DNA of 64,000 nucleotides from Leptolyngbya sp. BL-A-14 (GTDB lineage Bacteria; Cyanobacteriota; Cyanobacteriia; Leptolyngbyales; Leptolyngbyaceae), in NCBI GenBank assembly GCA_041937185.1, contig CP166621.1:2068571-2132570 (forward strand), read 5' to 3'. A program made the position numbers and the translations under genes. The notes beneath the pieces were generated by a model. The model was not told the DNA's origin. It saw only the letters and a list, made by a program, of their open reading frames with translations, and made no database searches. Every line of letters begins with the position of its first letter. Positions within the stretch are counted from its first letter, which is position 1. Positions 42,968 through 52,445 of the stretch are shown one piece after another.

Positions 42968-43594
42968 TCAAATTTCCTGGGCTAGATGACGGCGGCGTTG
43001 CTGATTTCGATATCTAGCGCGGATGCGACTGAGGGTTTCTTGAGTTATTCCCAAATAGGAGGCAAGATGTCCTAGCTTAACGCGATCGAGAATATCAGGG
43101 TGTCTCTGAACGAGATTCTCATATCGTTCAAAGGCGGTTTGAGTTTTCATTAAAAAAGCCCGTTCTTCTAATTCAATATAATAACTTTCAGTCAATAATC
43201 GACCAATCTTATTCCAGTCAGGGTCGTTTTCATACAGATATTGCAGTCCATCATAACTTGTTACAAAAAACTTGCAGTTTGAAACTAATTCAACACTTTG
43301 TTTGCTTGGTTTTCTCGAAATAAAGCTATAAAGTGAGCATATAAAATCATCTTCAAATGCAAACCTTGATGTAATTTCTTTGTCTTCAACATAGTAGAAT
43401 TGCCGAACTACCCCTTCAATCAGGAAATATAATTGGCTCGATATTTCACCTTCCTTCAGGAGATAATGGTCTTTTGGGAACTCCTGGTACTTGAAAAATT
43501 TACGAACATTTTCCTGCTGTTGTTTACTGAGTATGACTGCTCGATCTAAAACTTGAAATAGCTTTTCGTATTGATCAATTTCTTGCTGCATCAA
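42968..43594 (-). CDS. Crp/Fnr-family transcriptional regulator in a low-GC (~37%) single-gene island
   Basis: cNMP-binding domain plus C-terminal HTH (LGHLASYLGITQETLSRIR). Composition is very different from the neighbouring DNA. Confidence 0.85.
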   Translation of the reverse strand: MMQQEIDQYEKLFQVLDRAVILSKQQQENVRKFFKYQEFPKDHYLLKEGEISSQLYFLIEGVVRQFYYVEDKEITSRFAFEDDFICSLYSFISRKPSKQSVELVSNCKFFVTSYDGLQYLYENDPDWNKIGRLLTESYYIELEERAFLMKTQTAFERYENLVQRHPDILDRVKLGHLASYLGITQETLSRIRARYRNQQRRRHLAQEI

Positions 43595-43885
43595 ATCATG
43601 TATGCACGTGTGACTATAATCACTCTAAATTCTAAGCAAAATTTTGACAGTACTATAGAATCTGCTATACATTTCTAGTTGAATTTTGTGGGTTATGGAA
43701 TCCTGTATAAACACTGGGACCAATGACACTAACAGCACAGGCTAACAACCCGGCTGGATTGGACTGTTGGGAGATCTTGGTTGTGCCACAAAAGTTATTT
43801 ACAGCCGTTCAGCTAGAACGTTAGGCGGGCTTGATTGGCGATATTGGGGATGTACAGAGTACTGAACCACTGCGGGATAGCGAGG

Positions 43886-44815
43886 TTAGGCAAGACGTCG
43901 TTGATCGAGCCATGCCAGTGCAGCACCCACTGCCTCTGCCAGAACACTAATGAGGCGATAGAGCGCTACTACGCTGAGAATCAAACCGGGAGAGAACGTC
44001 TGACCAAGAAGGGCGATCGCCGTTGCTTCAAAGACGCCAAGGCCACCCGGTGCACCGGGCACGACTAACCCCAAAAGCCACGCCAAACTAAAGGCACTCA
44101 GCAGCAGCGGTAGTTGGTTCACCTGAATAGGACTGAGCGCCAGAAAGGTCAAGACAAAGCCCAAACTGCGTAAAAGCAGGAAGCTAACCTCGCCCAATAG
44201 CGGGACCAGTGGGTAATGCTCCAGCTTAAAGGGAAGCGCTTCACTGGCCGTCTTAGTTGTCGTTTGCTTAAGCTTTCTCAGCAAGCGCACGAGTGGATTA
44301 ATGACACGCGGATGCACAGACGCCAACACAACCAGCAAACTTGCCCACTGAAGCCCTAAAGCAGGGAGCCCGTAGCGTGCCACGATCGGCTGACTATAAA
44401 GCAATGTTACCAGTAGCGCCGCCGCTGCCATTAACAGAGGCTCTAACAACACGCTGACGGTAGCCGTTTCTAGCGTTGCTCCTGCGCTGGTAGCCGCCGT
44501 GATGCGACCGTAGTAGTGCCAGACATTCCCCGGAAGGTATTTGGCGATCGTCGTTTGTAAGTAAGCCTGCACCAGCCAGATCCTATTCACTGGCTGACGA
44601 AAAACCTGCAACAGCCAACTCCAAACCCCACCCGCACAAATGTGAGCCAGAAGCGTGATGCCTAGAGCGATCGTCAAACACGCCCAGCCCGCACTATCCA
44701 GACGAATAGACACGACCTTCTGCCAGTGCTGCTTGAGAACAGAGCCTAGAAAAAACAGCGTTCCACCCAGAACAATCCAGCGTAAGAATGGCTTTAAGCG
44801 TCCGATCGACTTCAT
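43886..44815 (-). CDS. Flippase-like / lysylphosphatidylglycerol-synthase TM-region family membrane protein
   Basis: 309 aa, about 8 TM helices. Pattern typical of the UPF0104 family. Confidence 0.55.
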   Translation of the reverse strand: MKSIGRLKPFLRWIVLGGTLFFLGSVLKQHWQKVVSIRLDSAGWACLTIALGITLLAHICAGGVWSWLLQVFRQPVNRIWLVQAYLQTTIAKYLPGNVWHYYGRITAATSAGATLETATVSVLLEPLLMAAAALLVTLLYSQPIVARYGLPALGLQWASLLVVLASVHPRVINPLVRLLRKLKQTTTKTASEALPFKLEHYPLVPLLGEVSFLLLRSLGFVLTFLALSPIQVNQLPLLLSAFSLAWLLGLVVPGAPGGLGVFEATAIALLGQTFSPGLILSVVALYRLISVLAEAVGAALAWLDQRRLA

Positions 44816-44869
44816 TGCGTTCAGGCGGAATACAGTCAGTGGACATCATAAAGCTTTTTTCAGGCTCTA

Positions 44870-45010
44870 AAGGGGGGATGGGGGATGGGGTGTAGGGTAT
44901 GGGGTACAAAATGTAGTGAATGCCAAGGAAAACGACTGTAGTTTAAACCTTAAGCACGGCTTCCCCTGCCTCTCCTGCTCCCTCTGCCTTCTGCCTTCTG
45001 CCCTCTGCCT
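44870..45010. repeat. Purine-tract then pyrimidine-tract heptamer repeat block
   Basis: aggggggatgggggatggggtgtagggtatggggtac ... ttcccctgcctctcctgctccctctgccttctgccttctgccctctgcc. Confidence 0.75.
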
Positions 45011-45016
45011 TTTGCT

Positions 45017-45613
45017 TTAATCCAACTCCCGACGACCTTCTAACGCCCTTGCCAGCGTTACCTCGTCAGCATATTCCAGATCGCCACCCATCGGTAACCC
45101 AAACGCAATCCGCGTCACCTTTGTAAAATGCTTCAGCAGATGGCCCACGTACAGCGTGGTTGTCTCGCCTTCAACGCTGGGACTAATGGCCATAATCACC
45201 TCGGCAATATTCTGCTGCTTGACGCGGCGTATGAGCGGTTGAATATGCAGTTGTTCTGGGCCGATGCCATCCATTGGCGAAATCAGTCCGCCCAGCACGT
45301 GGTATTTGCCCCGATACTCACGGGTTTTTTCTAGTGCAATCACATCCCTGGAATCTGCAACCACACAGATTGTCTGACTATCTCGGCTGGGCGTACGGCA
45401 AATTTCGCAGACAGGTTCTGCGGAAAGGTGAAAGCAAACTGAACAATAGCCAACCTGTTGCTTGGCCTCCATCAGCGCATTTGCCAGCGCCTTGACCTCA
45501 TCCTCCGATCGCCTGAGGATATGAAGCGCCAATCGCTGCGCCGTCTTAGGACCAACGCCAGGAAGGTGTTGCAGTTGCTCAATTAAGCGGGCAAGGGGGC
45601 GTGTGTAAACCGT
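45017..45613 (-). CDS. recR: Recombination protein RecR (no canonical start codon at the conserved N-terminus)
   Basis: Zn-finger [16 protein letters not shown] and Toprim. The in-frame upstream codons encode [31 protein letters not shown] (HhH). ACG sits at the expected Met position with a GGAGGA SD 6 nt upstream. The first canonical start is the TTG at 45532. Confidence 0.8.
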   Translation of the reverse strand, partial: TVYTRPLARLIEQLQHLPGVGPKTAQRLALHILRRSEDEVKALANALMEAKQQVGYCSVCFHLSAEPVCEICRTPSRDSQTICVVADSRDVIALEKTREYRGKYHVLGGLISPMDGIGPEQLHIQPLIRRVKQQNIAEVIMAISPSVEGETTTLYVGHLLKHFTKVTRIAFGLPMGGDLEYADEVTLARALEGRRELD

Positions 45614-45640
45614 TGGAGTTCCTCCAAATTTACATTCATT

Positions 45641-45780
45641 TTAGCGTGGACGGGGATGGGGGGTGGGGATGGGGGCGTAGGGAGTGGGGGGTGGGGAGTA
45701 GGGAATGGGGAATGGGGAGAAAGTTATGCAAAACCCAAAATTCTTCATCCCTCATCCCTCATCCTTCATCCCTCACGTTC
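45641..45780. repeat. Purine-tract then pyrimidine-tract heptamer repeat block
   Basis: ggggatgggggcgtagggagtggggggtggggagtagggaatggggaatgggg ... ttcatccctcatccctcatccttcatccctc. Confidence 0.75.
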
Positions 45781-45787
45781 AAGGCCA

Positions 45788-46639
45788 CTACAGCTTCATC
45801 ACTTCACCGACTTTCATCAGCTTGAGCTGACTTTTAACGCCTTGCTGCTGGAGTGCCTGAGAAAAAGCCTGAGGCGTTCCTGGCAAGTTAAAAACGCCAA
45901 AATGGATCGGGACTACAGTTTTGGGGTTGACGAGCTTAACCGCTTCAGCCGCTCGCTGTGGTCCCATGGTGAACTGGTCGCCGATGCAAGCCAGCATTAA
46001 GGTCACCTTTCTGAATTGAGGAATGAGGGACATATCCGAAAACAGATCTGTATCGCCAGTGTGGTAGATCACAGGACCGTTTTTGACACTGATGAGAAAC
46101 CCACCTGGATTGCCTGCGAAGGCGGCAGGGCTGCCATCAGAGGCAACCGAAGAACTGTGAACGGCAGGAATGAAGGCAACCTTGACTTCACCATTCAGCA
46201 GGTTGAGTTCGCCGCCAAAATTTCCTTGCGTCTCAAACGGGACGAGATCTTTAGGATAGCCAGCGGAGGCAACGATCGCCTGCCCCAAATCAAACGTACT
46301 GACCAGCTTTGCCTTCGTCTTTTTAGCAATTTCCACCGCATTGCCAAGATGGTCAAAGTGTCCATGCGTGACGAGAATCAAATCGGCTTGCTTCAGGTTC
46401 GCAAGGTCGGCTTTACCAGAGGGGTTAAGCGGATTTTCGAGCCAGGGGTCAAGCAGCAGCACTTTACCTGAAGGTGTGGTGAGCTTAAATGCAGAGTGTC
46501 CGTACCATAACAGTTGCGTGTTGCCGGTTTGGGCATTACTCGCACTGTGCAAGCCAAACATCGCAACAGCAAAAATGAGTGTCATGAGTGCAACGCTGGC
46601 CTTCAGCGCATGCTTCCGCACCCAGTTCCATTGATTCAT
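45788..46639 (-). CDS. Secreted MBL-fold metallo-hydrolase
   Basis: HGHFDH motif. N-terminal signal peptide. Confidence 0.8.
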   Translation of the reverse strand: MNQWNWVRKHALKASVALMTLIFAVAMFGLHSASNAQTGNTQLLWYGHSAFKLTTPSGKVLLLDPWLENPLNPSGKADLANLKQADLILVTHGHFDHLGNAVEIAKKTKAKLVSTFDLGQAIVASAGYPKDLVPFETQGNFGGELNLLNGEVKVAFIPAVHSSSVASDGSPAAFAGNPGGFLISVKNGPVIYHTGDTDLFSDMSLIPQFRKVTLMLACIGDQFTMGPQRAAEAVKLVNPKTVVPIHFGVFNLPGTPQAFSQALQQQGVKSQLKLMKVGEVMKL

Positions 46640-46871
46640 GTTGGTATCCTTTATGTTGACGATCGCATCATCGGGCGTGCTGCTCTATTCCACAGCAGGC
46701 CCTACTTCAAAGCAATGTATCACCTAAATTAAGCTTCGGTGCCGCTAGGGGCTGTCATCAATTACGACTACGCCTTTCTTTTAGCAAGGGTTTTAGCCCC
46801 TATCCTCATGTATTGAAACGGGCGCGAAACTGCTGATATCAAAGGTTTCGGGGCTTAATTGATGCCGCGCC

Positions 46872-47786
46872 CTAGTCAAAGGGGATCGTATCCACCCAGT
46901 CCTGATACTGTGGATCGCGCTTTTCAGTGATGGCAATCAGCTTGGCGCGTAGCTGGTCAGTGATGGGACGATCGACAGGCAGCATGTAGTTTTCGACCCG
47001 TTTGATAGGTGCCACTTTCGCCGCTGTCCCCGTCAGAAATGCTTCATCAGCGATGTAAAGCTCTGATTTATCCACCGGACGCTCGATCGTGGGAATGCCC
47101 AAATCCTTTGCCAACGTCAGCACGCTATCGCGCGTAATGCCCTCCAAAATATCTTGCTCAAACCCAGGTGTAATCAACGTCCCGTTACGAACAATGAAAA
47201 TATTCATCCCAGACGCTTCACTGACTTTGCCCTGAGCATTGAGCATGATGGCTTCATCAAACCCTGATTCGGCCGCTTCTGTTTTAGCAAGGGCAGAGGC
47301 AATATAGGCGGCCGTAATCTTGCCCCGCAGCGGCATGCTGTTATCGGCCTGACGCTGCCACGAACTAATGCGACAGCTTACCCCAGCGGGGGACAAATAA
47401 TCATCCATTGCCAAGCCGTAGACCAGGAAGCTCTTTTCTACCTGGTGAAGCCGAGGTGCAACGCCTAACCCAGACGTGTAAACCAGAGGGCGAATGTAAA
47501 ACGGAACGGTTGGGCGATTTTTTTGAATAAATTCGACAATGACTTGCTTGATGGTAGTGCTGGGCAAGTCGTAATGGAGAAAGCGAGCGCTTTGGCTCAA
47601 GCGATGACAATGGCGCTCTAGCCGAAATAACAGCACTTGATTCGCATTCTGCGGATCGGGAATGCCTCGTAACCCCCCGATCGCACCCGTACCATAGTGC
47701 AACGCATGGGTCGCGATCGAAATTTTGGCCTCTGTAAACGGTAGAAATTGGTCTTGAAGGTAGGCGATGGGTAAGAAATTGTCCAT
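46872..47786 (-). CDS. ilvE: Branched-chain amino acid aminotransferase
   Basis: Class IV aminotransferase motifs. 304 aa. Confidence 0.9.
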   Translation of the reverse strand: MDNFLPIAYLQDQFLPFTEAKISIATHALHYGTGAIGGLRGIPDPQNANQVLLFRLERHCHRLSQSARFLHYDLPSTTIKQVIVEFIQKNRPTVPFYIRPLVYTSGLGVAPRLHQVEKSFLVYGLAMDDYLSPAGVSCRISSWQRQADNSMPLRGKITAAYIASALAKTEAAESGFDEAIMLNAQGKVSEASGMNIFIVRNGTLITPGFEQDILEGITRDSVLTLAKDLGIPTIERPVDKSELYIADEAFLTGTAAKVAPIKRVENYMLPVDRPITDQLRAKLIAITEKRDPQYQDWVDTIPFD

Positions 47787-47833
47787 GAGTCTGTGTGAGT
47801 GATGAGATGAAAAGAAGCCAATAATGGCAAACG

Positions 47834-48298
47834 CTAGTGCTGTTGATAGTACTGTACGATTTGCGCGATGAATGACTGCCAGCGATCGTTTGGTTTCCAG
47901 ATGGCGTACAGATCTTGTGCAGCAAGCGTCTCATCCATGCCTTGACACAACCGACGGTAAAGATACAGAAACGCCGAAACCCGCATGTTTTTTGCACAGT
48001 GGACAAAAATCGGCTGTTCTGCGTGCGTTTGCATGACGCTGAAAAACTGTTGCACATCTGCCAGCGTTGGCTCTTCCCACACCACGGGAATAGAAATATA
48101 GGTCATCCCCTGCGCTTCGACCAGTGCCTGCTCGTTCGGTAATGCATTTGCCGAAGTCGGCAACGCCAGATTGACCACAACACGATAACCTGCGGCTTTG
48201 ATGGCAGCAATCTGCGCCTCGGTTGGTTGCCCTGCCGTAGCGATCGTGTCTGCAAGCTGGCGGTAATGAGGAATAGCGGCGATCGACGTTTCAACCAT
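47834..48298 (-). CDS. DUF442 / phosphatase-like (beta-lactamase hydrolase-like) family protein
   Basis: VHCAKNMRVS Cys-loop resembling a PTP-like fold. 154 aa. Confidence 0.5.
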   Translation of the reverse strand: MVETSIAAIPHYRQLADTIATAGQPTEAQIAAIKAAGYRVVVNLALPTSANALPNEQALVEAQGMTYISIPVVWEEPTLADVQQFFSVMQTHAEQPIFVHCAKNMRVSAFLYLYRRLCQGMDETLAAQDLYAIWKPNDRWQSFIAQIVQYYQQH

Positions 48299-48564
48299 AC
48301 TGAACTGTGGGCAATGTGTTGCTATCTCCAGTACAACACAATCTTTCTGTGTAGAAACAGCAGATTTCGCAGTATTCCCTGACCGAGTAAATCAAAGCGC
48401 TTTATTATCTCTTCTTTCCAATTTCGCCTCTGCCTTGTATGACATGAGACTTATTTTCTCCATCTTCAGGTTTAAACTTTGCTGATACGTCAATCCATCA
48501 TTTCCTTGGACACATCATTTCCTTGGACACATCATTCCCTTGAACACATCATCCCCTCAAACAA

Positions 48565-48831
48565 ATGAGACAAGAACTCACAGAACAACGACAGGAGCAA
48601 TATCTGAAATTGATTGAAGCGTTGTTCGCTTGCCCTAATGGACAGGAACCAGTCATTCTCGATGCCCAACCCGATCTAATTGATGCCGGGTTGGTGCAAT
48701 CACTGGTCAAAGTTGGCACGATGATGGCTCACCAAGAAAATCAAGAAGGTGCCCAGTTTCTCTTCCATGTTGCCCGTGAATTAGCCATCCAGCTAAACCT
48801 ATATGCTCAACCAACGGCGAAGGAGTCATGA
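48565..48831 (+). CDS. Hypothetical protein (translationally coupled to the next ORF by an ATGA overlap)
   Basis: ORF. Stop/start overlap at 48828-48831. Confidence 0.35.
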   Translation: MRQELTEQRQEQYLKLIEALFACPNGQEPVILDAQPDLIDAGLVQSLVKVGTMMAHQENQEGAQFLFHVARELAIQLNLYAQPTAKES

Positions 48832-49151
48832 TGACCACTCTTAACCGATCGACCGATGACGTTGGGCAACTCGCGATCGCCTTTCTCATGGAGGATCTGG
48901 AGATTCCAACCGATGATCAAGAATGGTTTTCGGTGTTGAATGTGCGGCCTGTAGGAGAAACCTGGGATGTCGTGGAGATTGGCGTCGAAGGGCTCCCTGA
49001 TAAATGGGTGCTGCAAGTTTACGACACGGGGGAGTGCGACCCCAGCTATACCTTTAGCTCTCCTGTAAGTGCGTCAGAAGCAGATACTGGCTTAGAAGAT
49101 CTGCCAGAGCCGATCGCCAAGATCTTAGCCGCTGAACGCACAAACACCTAA
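48828..49151 (+). CDS. Hypothetical acidic protein
   Basis: ORF. Asp/Glu-rich. Coupled to the upstream ORF. Confidence 0.35.
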   Translation: MMTTLNRSTDDVGQLAIAFLMEDLEIPTDDQEWFSVLNVRPVGETWDVVEIGVEGLPDKWVLQVYDTGECDPSYTFSSPVSASEADTGLEDLPEPIAKILAAERTNT

Positions 49152-49234
49152 TCGCATCTTGCCCTGGAAATACGGGTGTGGGGTGTAGGGGTAGGGTATG
49201 GCGAATGCAAAGGGAAGTGGCTGTAAGGGAAGCA

Positions 49235-50071
49235 TTACTGCATTGGTGGCATCACCACTTTGCGAGCTAACCCCAATCGTTTTAACAGCCAGATTGCCCA
49301 CCAGGTCGGGTCGTATTCCCACCAGCGCCATCCGGCTTTGGCAACATTAGGGTAGGCATGGTGATTGTTGTGCCAGCCTTCCCCATACGTGAGGATCGCT
49401 GCCCACCAGAGATTGCGCGAGTTATCGTCTGTTTCAAAAGTACGATAGCCCCACATATGAGTAATGGAATTGATAAACCAGGTGCTATGCCAGAGCAAAA
49501 CAGCTCGAACAACCATACCCCAGATGATAAATTTCCAGCCTCCGAGGACATATAACAATAGACCCAGGGGGATTTGCAGCAGCAAAAAGTTTCGATTCAA
49601 CCAACGATAAAAGGGATCGCGTGCCAGATCAGGGGCAAACCGCTCGTACTCCTCATAGTTAAAGAATTCTGAATGGGGATAAAAAATCCACAGCATGTGG
49701 CTCCACCAAAAGCCACGACGGGCAGAGTAGGGATCTTTATCCACATCTTCGGTGTATGCATGGTGCAACCGATGCCCTGAAACCCAGAAGATGGGGCCGC
49801 CCTGTAACGCTGTGGCTCCGATCAGGGCAATAATATACTCTAACCACTTGGGCACCTGAAAGCTGCGATGGCTCAAGAGACGGTGATAGCCTAAACAGAT
49901 CCCAATGCTGCCAAACAGCCAGTGTAGAAATAAGGTCATCCCCAACGCGGACCAGGAGAAAAACCAGGGTGCTGTCAGCGCCAGCAGGTGAACGCTGCCG
50001 AAGAAAATGACAGCGACCCAATCTAAAGCAGGTTCATGCTTGGGGTTTATTGACACGTTATTACCAGTCAT
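49235..50071 (-). CDS. Acyl-lipid delta-9 fatty acid desaturase (DesC/DesF-like)
   Basis: Histidine boxes HRLHH, HNNHH. Start moved to the ATG at 50071 (GAGGA SD). The upstream part of the ORF translates a repeat. Confidence 0.85.
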   Translation of the reverse strand: MTGNNVSINPKHEPALDWVAVIFFGSVHLLALTAPWFFSWSALGMTLFLHWLFGSIGICLGYHRLLSHRSFQVPKWLEYIIALIGATALQGGPIFWVSGHRLHHAYTEDVDKDPYSARRGFWWSHMLWIFYPHSEFFNYEEYERFAPDLARDPFYRWLNRNFLLLQIPLGLLLYVLGGWKFIIWGMVVRAVLLWHSTWFINSITHMWGYRTFETDDNSRNLWWAAILTYGEGWHNNHHAYPNVAKAGWRWWEYDPTWWAIWLLKRLGLARKVVMPPMQ

Positions 50072-50100
50072 CAAAAAAATCCTCAACCACAGTAAGTAGA

Positions 50101-50240
50101 TAGAAAGGGGGAAGGAGTGAGAGAGCGGGTGGGTGAGAGAGTGGGTGGGTGAGAGAGTGAGAGCACACATCATTCCATCACCTCGTTATCCCCTCACCCC
50201 ATCACCGCATCATCTCATCATCCCGTTATCTCAACACCTC
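50101..50240. repeat. Purine-tract then pyrimidine-tract repeat block (GTGAGAGA / GGTGATGG units)
   Basis: gggggaaggagtgagagagcgggtgggtgagagagtgggtgggtgagagagtgagag ... catcacctcgttatcccctcaccccatcaccgcatcatctcatcatccc. Confidence 0.75.
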
Positions 50241-52275
50241 ACGACCAGGCTGTTACTGCTGGTTCTAGAAGGTTGGCAATCGCAGGATCTTGGTACGTCC
50301 CATTGCGATGCGTGATTCTAACGGCATTCGCCAATTGCTCAATCGGTGCCCCTTTTAAGTAGATGGCATCGGCTCCTGCCGCGATCGCCTCTGAGACGAT
50401 GGATAGTTGTCCAGGGCTAACCAGCACCAAAATTTTGGATGGGATGACGTAAGAATTTGCTTGAGCCTTACGCGCCATCCGAATGAACTTAGCCAGATCC
50501 ATATCGGGTAAAGTCCCATCAACCACTGCAACATCAACATCAATGGATTCCAACAGCACAATCCCTGTTTCAGCATTGGTGGCTTCGCTGGCAACTTCAA
50601 TGCCATCTTGGGCGCGCAAATCTATCCGCAGCTTAATACGTGTCTGTTCATCAGCCTCAATGAGAGCAACCTGAATCACATCATGAGGTTTCTGTACTTT
50701 GATGTAGCCACTGGCTTCTGATGGTTCATTCGGCCCCCCGCAAGCTGAAATGGTGCCAAGGGAATCAACATCAGCTGAAACCTGCTTCAGTTGAGCCATT
50801 TGCTCGGCAGACAGAATTCTGGATTCATCAAAGCCGAACTCAATTTCGGTATGTAGCCCTTTCTGTTTGACGCGGCTCAAATTGTAGAAGCGCTTGTTGA
50901 GTGTCGTTTTGACAAAAGCCCAGAGGCAGCCCAGGAGGTAACGCCGCTTAAACGGATCGGGCTCAAACCAATATTCTAAAAACTTCCAGGAATAGAAACG
51001 AGCATAGTTCCGCAACACGCCTTTAAGTACACCCTCCCGCGTCATATTGTCGGGTTTGATGATGGGCGTCACAAAGTTGTAATGGGAATAATCGCGGATT
51101 TCAACTTTATCCTGTAAATCCTGAAATAGTTCTGAAAACGGCCAGGGGGTGTACATGTTCCAGTTGGTCATGTCCGCTTTCCAGTCGCGCGCCATCCGGT
51201 AGGTTTCCTCGATGGTTTCTGGCGTTTCACTGGGTAAGCCCATAATGAACTGGACTTCTGCCAGGATGCCATTGTCACGCAGAAGCTCTACAGCGCGCTT
51301 GTTGTCAGCGATCGTCGTTTCTTTGCGGAACAGATTGAGATTTAACTGCGCGGCCGCTTCTGTGCCGAGAGAAACATGCACCAATCCCGCTTTGCGATAC
51401 AGAGGCAGCTCCTTTTCATCCCGCAAAATATCGGTTACGCGGGTGTTAATGCCCCAATGTACCCCCAGGTTGCGCTCAACAAGCTCATGGCACAGTGCCA
51501 CAAAGCGCGATTTGTTGATCGTGGGTTCTTCATCGGCCAGGATGAAAAAGCCGACCTTATGCTCCTTCACCAACTGCTCGATTTCATCCACAAAGTTTTG
51601 GGGCGATCGAGAGCGATATTTGCGCCAGAACTTCCATTGCGAACAAAAGCGGCAGCGGAAGGGACACCCACGCGAGTAATTGGGCACAGCCACCCTCGTA
51701 TTGAGGGGCGTGTACTTGTAGGTGTTCCAATCCAGCAGCGACCAATCTGGAGTGAGCGTGTTCAGATCTTTGATCGGTGGGTGGGCTGGAGTCGCGACGA
51801 TTTTGCCATCTTCCAGGAAGGCCAATCCCAGGATTTGGCGACGATCGCGTGCGTCGGTGCCAGCTGCGATCGCCCGCAGCAAATTGACCGTGATCTCCTC
51901 ACCTTCACCCCGAATGATGTAATCCACCCAGGGAGCTTCACTTAACACCTCTCGATACATATAAGTGGGATGCACACCACCCATGATGGTTTTGGCGTTT
52001 GGGCAAACGTCTTTGACCAGCTTCAATGTTTTCTGAGACTGATAAATCATGGGCGTAATTGCCGTCGCCAACACAACATCCGGTTGATGCTCGCGAATCA
52101 TGTCTGCCAGTGCAGCATCGGCAATATAGTTAGTCATCGCGTCAATGAACCGAACGTCATTGAAGCCTGCGGTCTTTAAAGCACCGCCTACATAAGGCAC
52201 CCAACTAGGCGGCCAGTTACCAGCGATTTCTGCACCACCGGAGTGATAGTTGGGTTGAATCATTAAAATACGCAT
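50239..52275 (-). CDS. B12-binding radical-SAM enzyme (BchE-like anaerobic Mg-protoporphyrin IX monomethyl ester cyclase family) with fused C-terminal receiver(REC)-like domain
   Basis: N-terminal B12-binding region. CPFRCRFC radical-SAM cysteine triad. C-terminal ~130 aa carries REC motifs (VVDGTLPDMD, LVLVS, YLKGAP). Confidence 0.75.
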   Translation of the reverse strand: MRILMIQPNYHSGGAEIAGNWPPSWVPYVGGALKTAGFNDVRFIDAMTNYIADAALADMIREHQPDVVLATAITPMIYQSQKTLKLVKDVCPNAKTIMGGVHPTYMYREVLSEAPWVDYIIRGEGEEITVNLLRAIAAGTDARDRRQILGLAFLEDGKIVATPAHPPIKDLNTLTPDWSLLDWNTYKYTPLNTRVAVPNYSRGCPFRCRFCSQWKFWRKYRSRSPQNFVDEIEQLVKEHKVGFFILADEEPTINKSRFVALCHELVERNLGVHWGINTRVTDILRDEKELPLYRKAGLVHVSLGTEAAAQLNLNLFRKETTIADNKRAVELLRDNGILAEVQFIMGLPSETPETIEETYRMARDWKADMTNWNMYTPWPFSELFQDLQDKVEIRDYSHYNFVTPIIKPDNMTREGVLKGVLRNYARFYSWKFLEYWFEPDPFKRRYLLGCLWAFVKTTLNKRFYNLSRVKQKGLHTEIEFGFDESRILSAEQMAQLKQVSADVDSLGTISACGGPNEPSEASGYIKVQKPHDVIQVALIEADEQTRIKLRIDLRAQDGIEVASEATNAETGIVLLESIDVDVAVVDGTLPDMDLAKFIRMARKAQANSYVIPSKILVLVSPGQLSIVSEAIAAGADAIYLKGAPIEQLANAVRITHRNGTYQDPAIANLLEPAVTAWS

Positions 52276-52309
52276 GGCTTACTTTCCTTTCTCAACCAAT
52301 GAATATTCA

Positions 52310-52440
52310 TTTGGAGATGGATGATGGGAAGGGGTGATGATGGAATGATGAGGTGATGAGAGGGGGAGATGATGGGATAGCGGGATCTCCTACGCTCTTA
52401 CGCTTCCTCACCCACTTACCCAGCCTTCCACCCTGCCACC
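52310..52440. repeat. Purine-tract then pyrimidine-tract repeat block (GATGATGG units)
   Basis: gagatggatgatgggaaggggtgatgatggaatgatgaggtgatgagagggggagatgatggg ... cgcttcctcacccacttacccagccttccaccctgccacccacgc. Confidence 0.75.
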
Positions 52441-52445
52441 CACGC

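Noticed and set aside
45637-45639. ATG that looks like the recR start
   Set aside because: It is out of frame with the RecR reading frame. Its own frame terminates after 19 codons.
50072-50173. N-terminal extension MMCALTLSPTHSLTHPLSHS of the desaturase ORF
   Set aside because: It is a translation of the repeat block. The ATG at 50071 has a GAGGA SD and matches desaturase N-termini.
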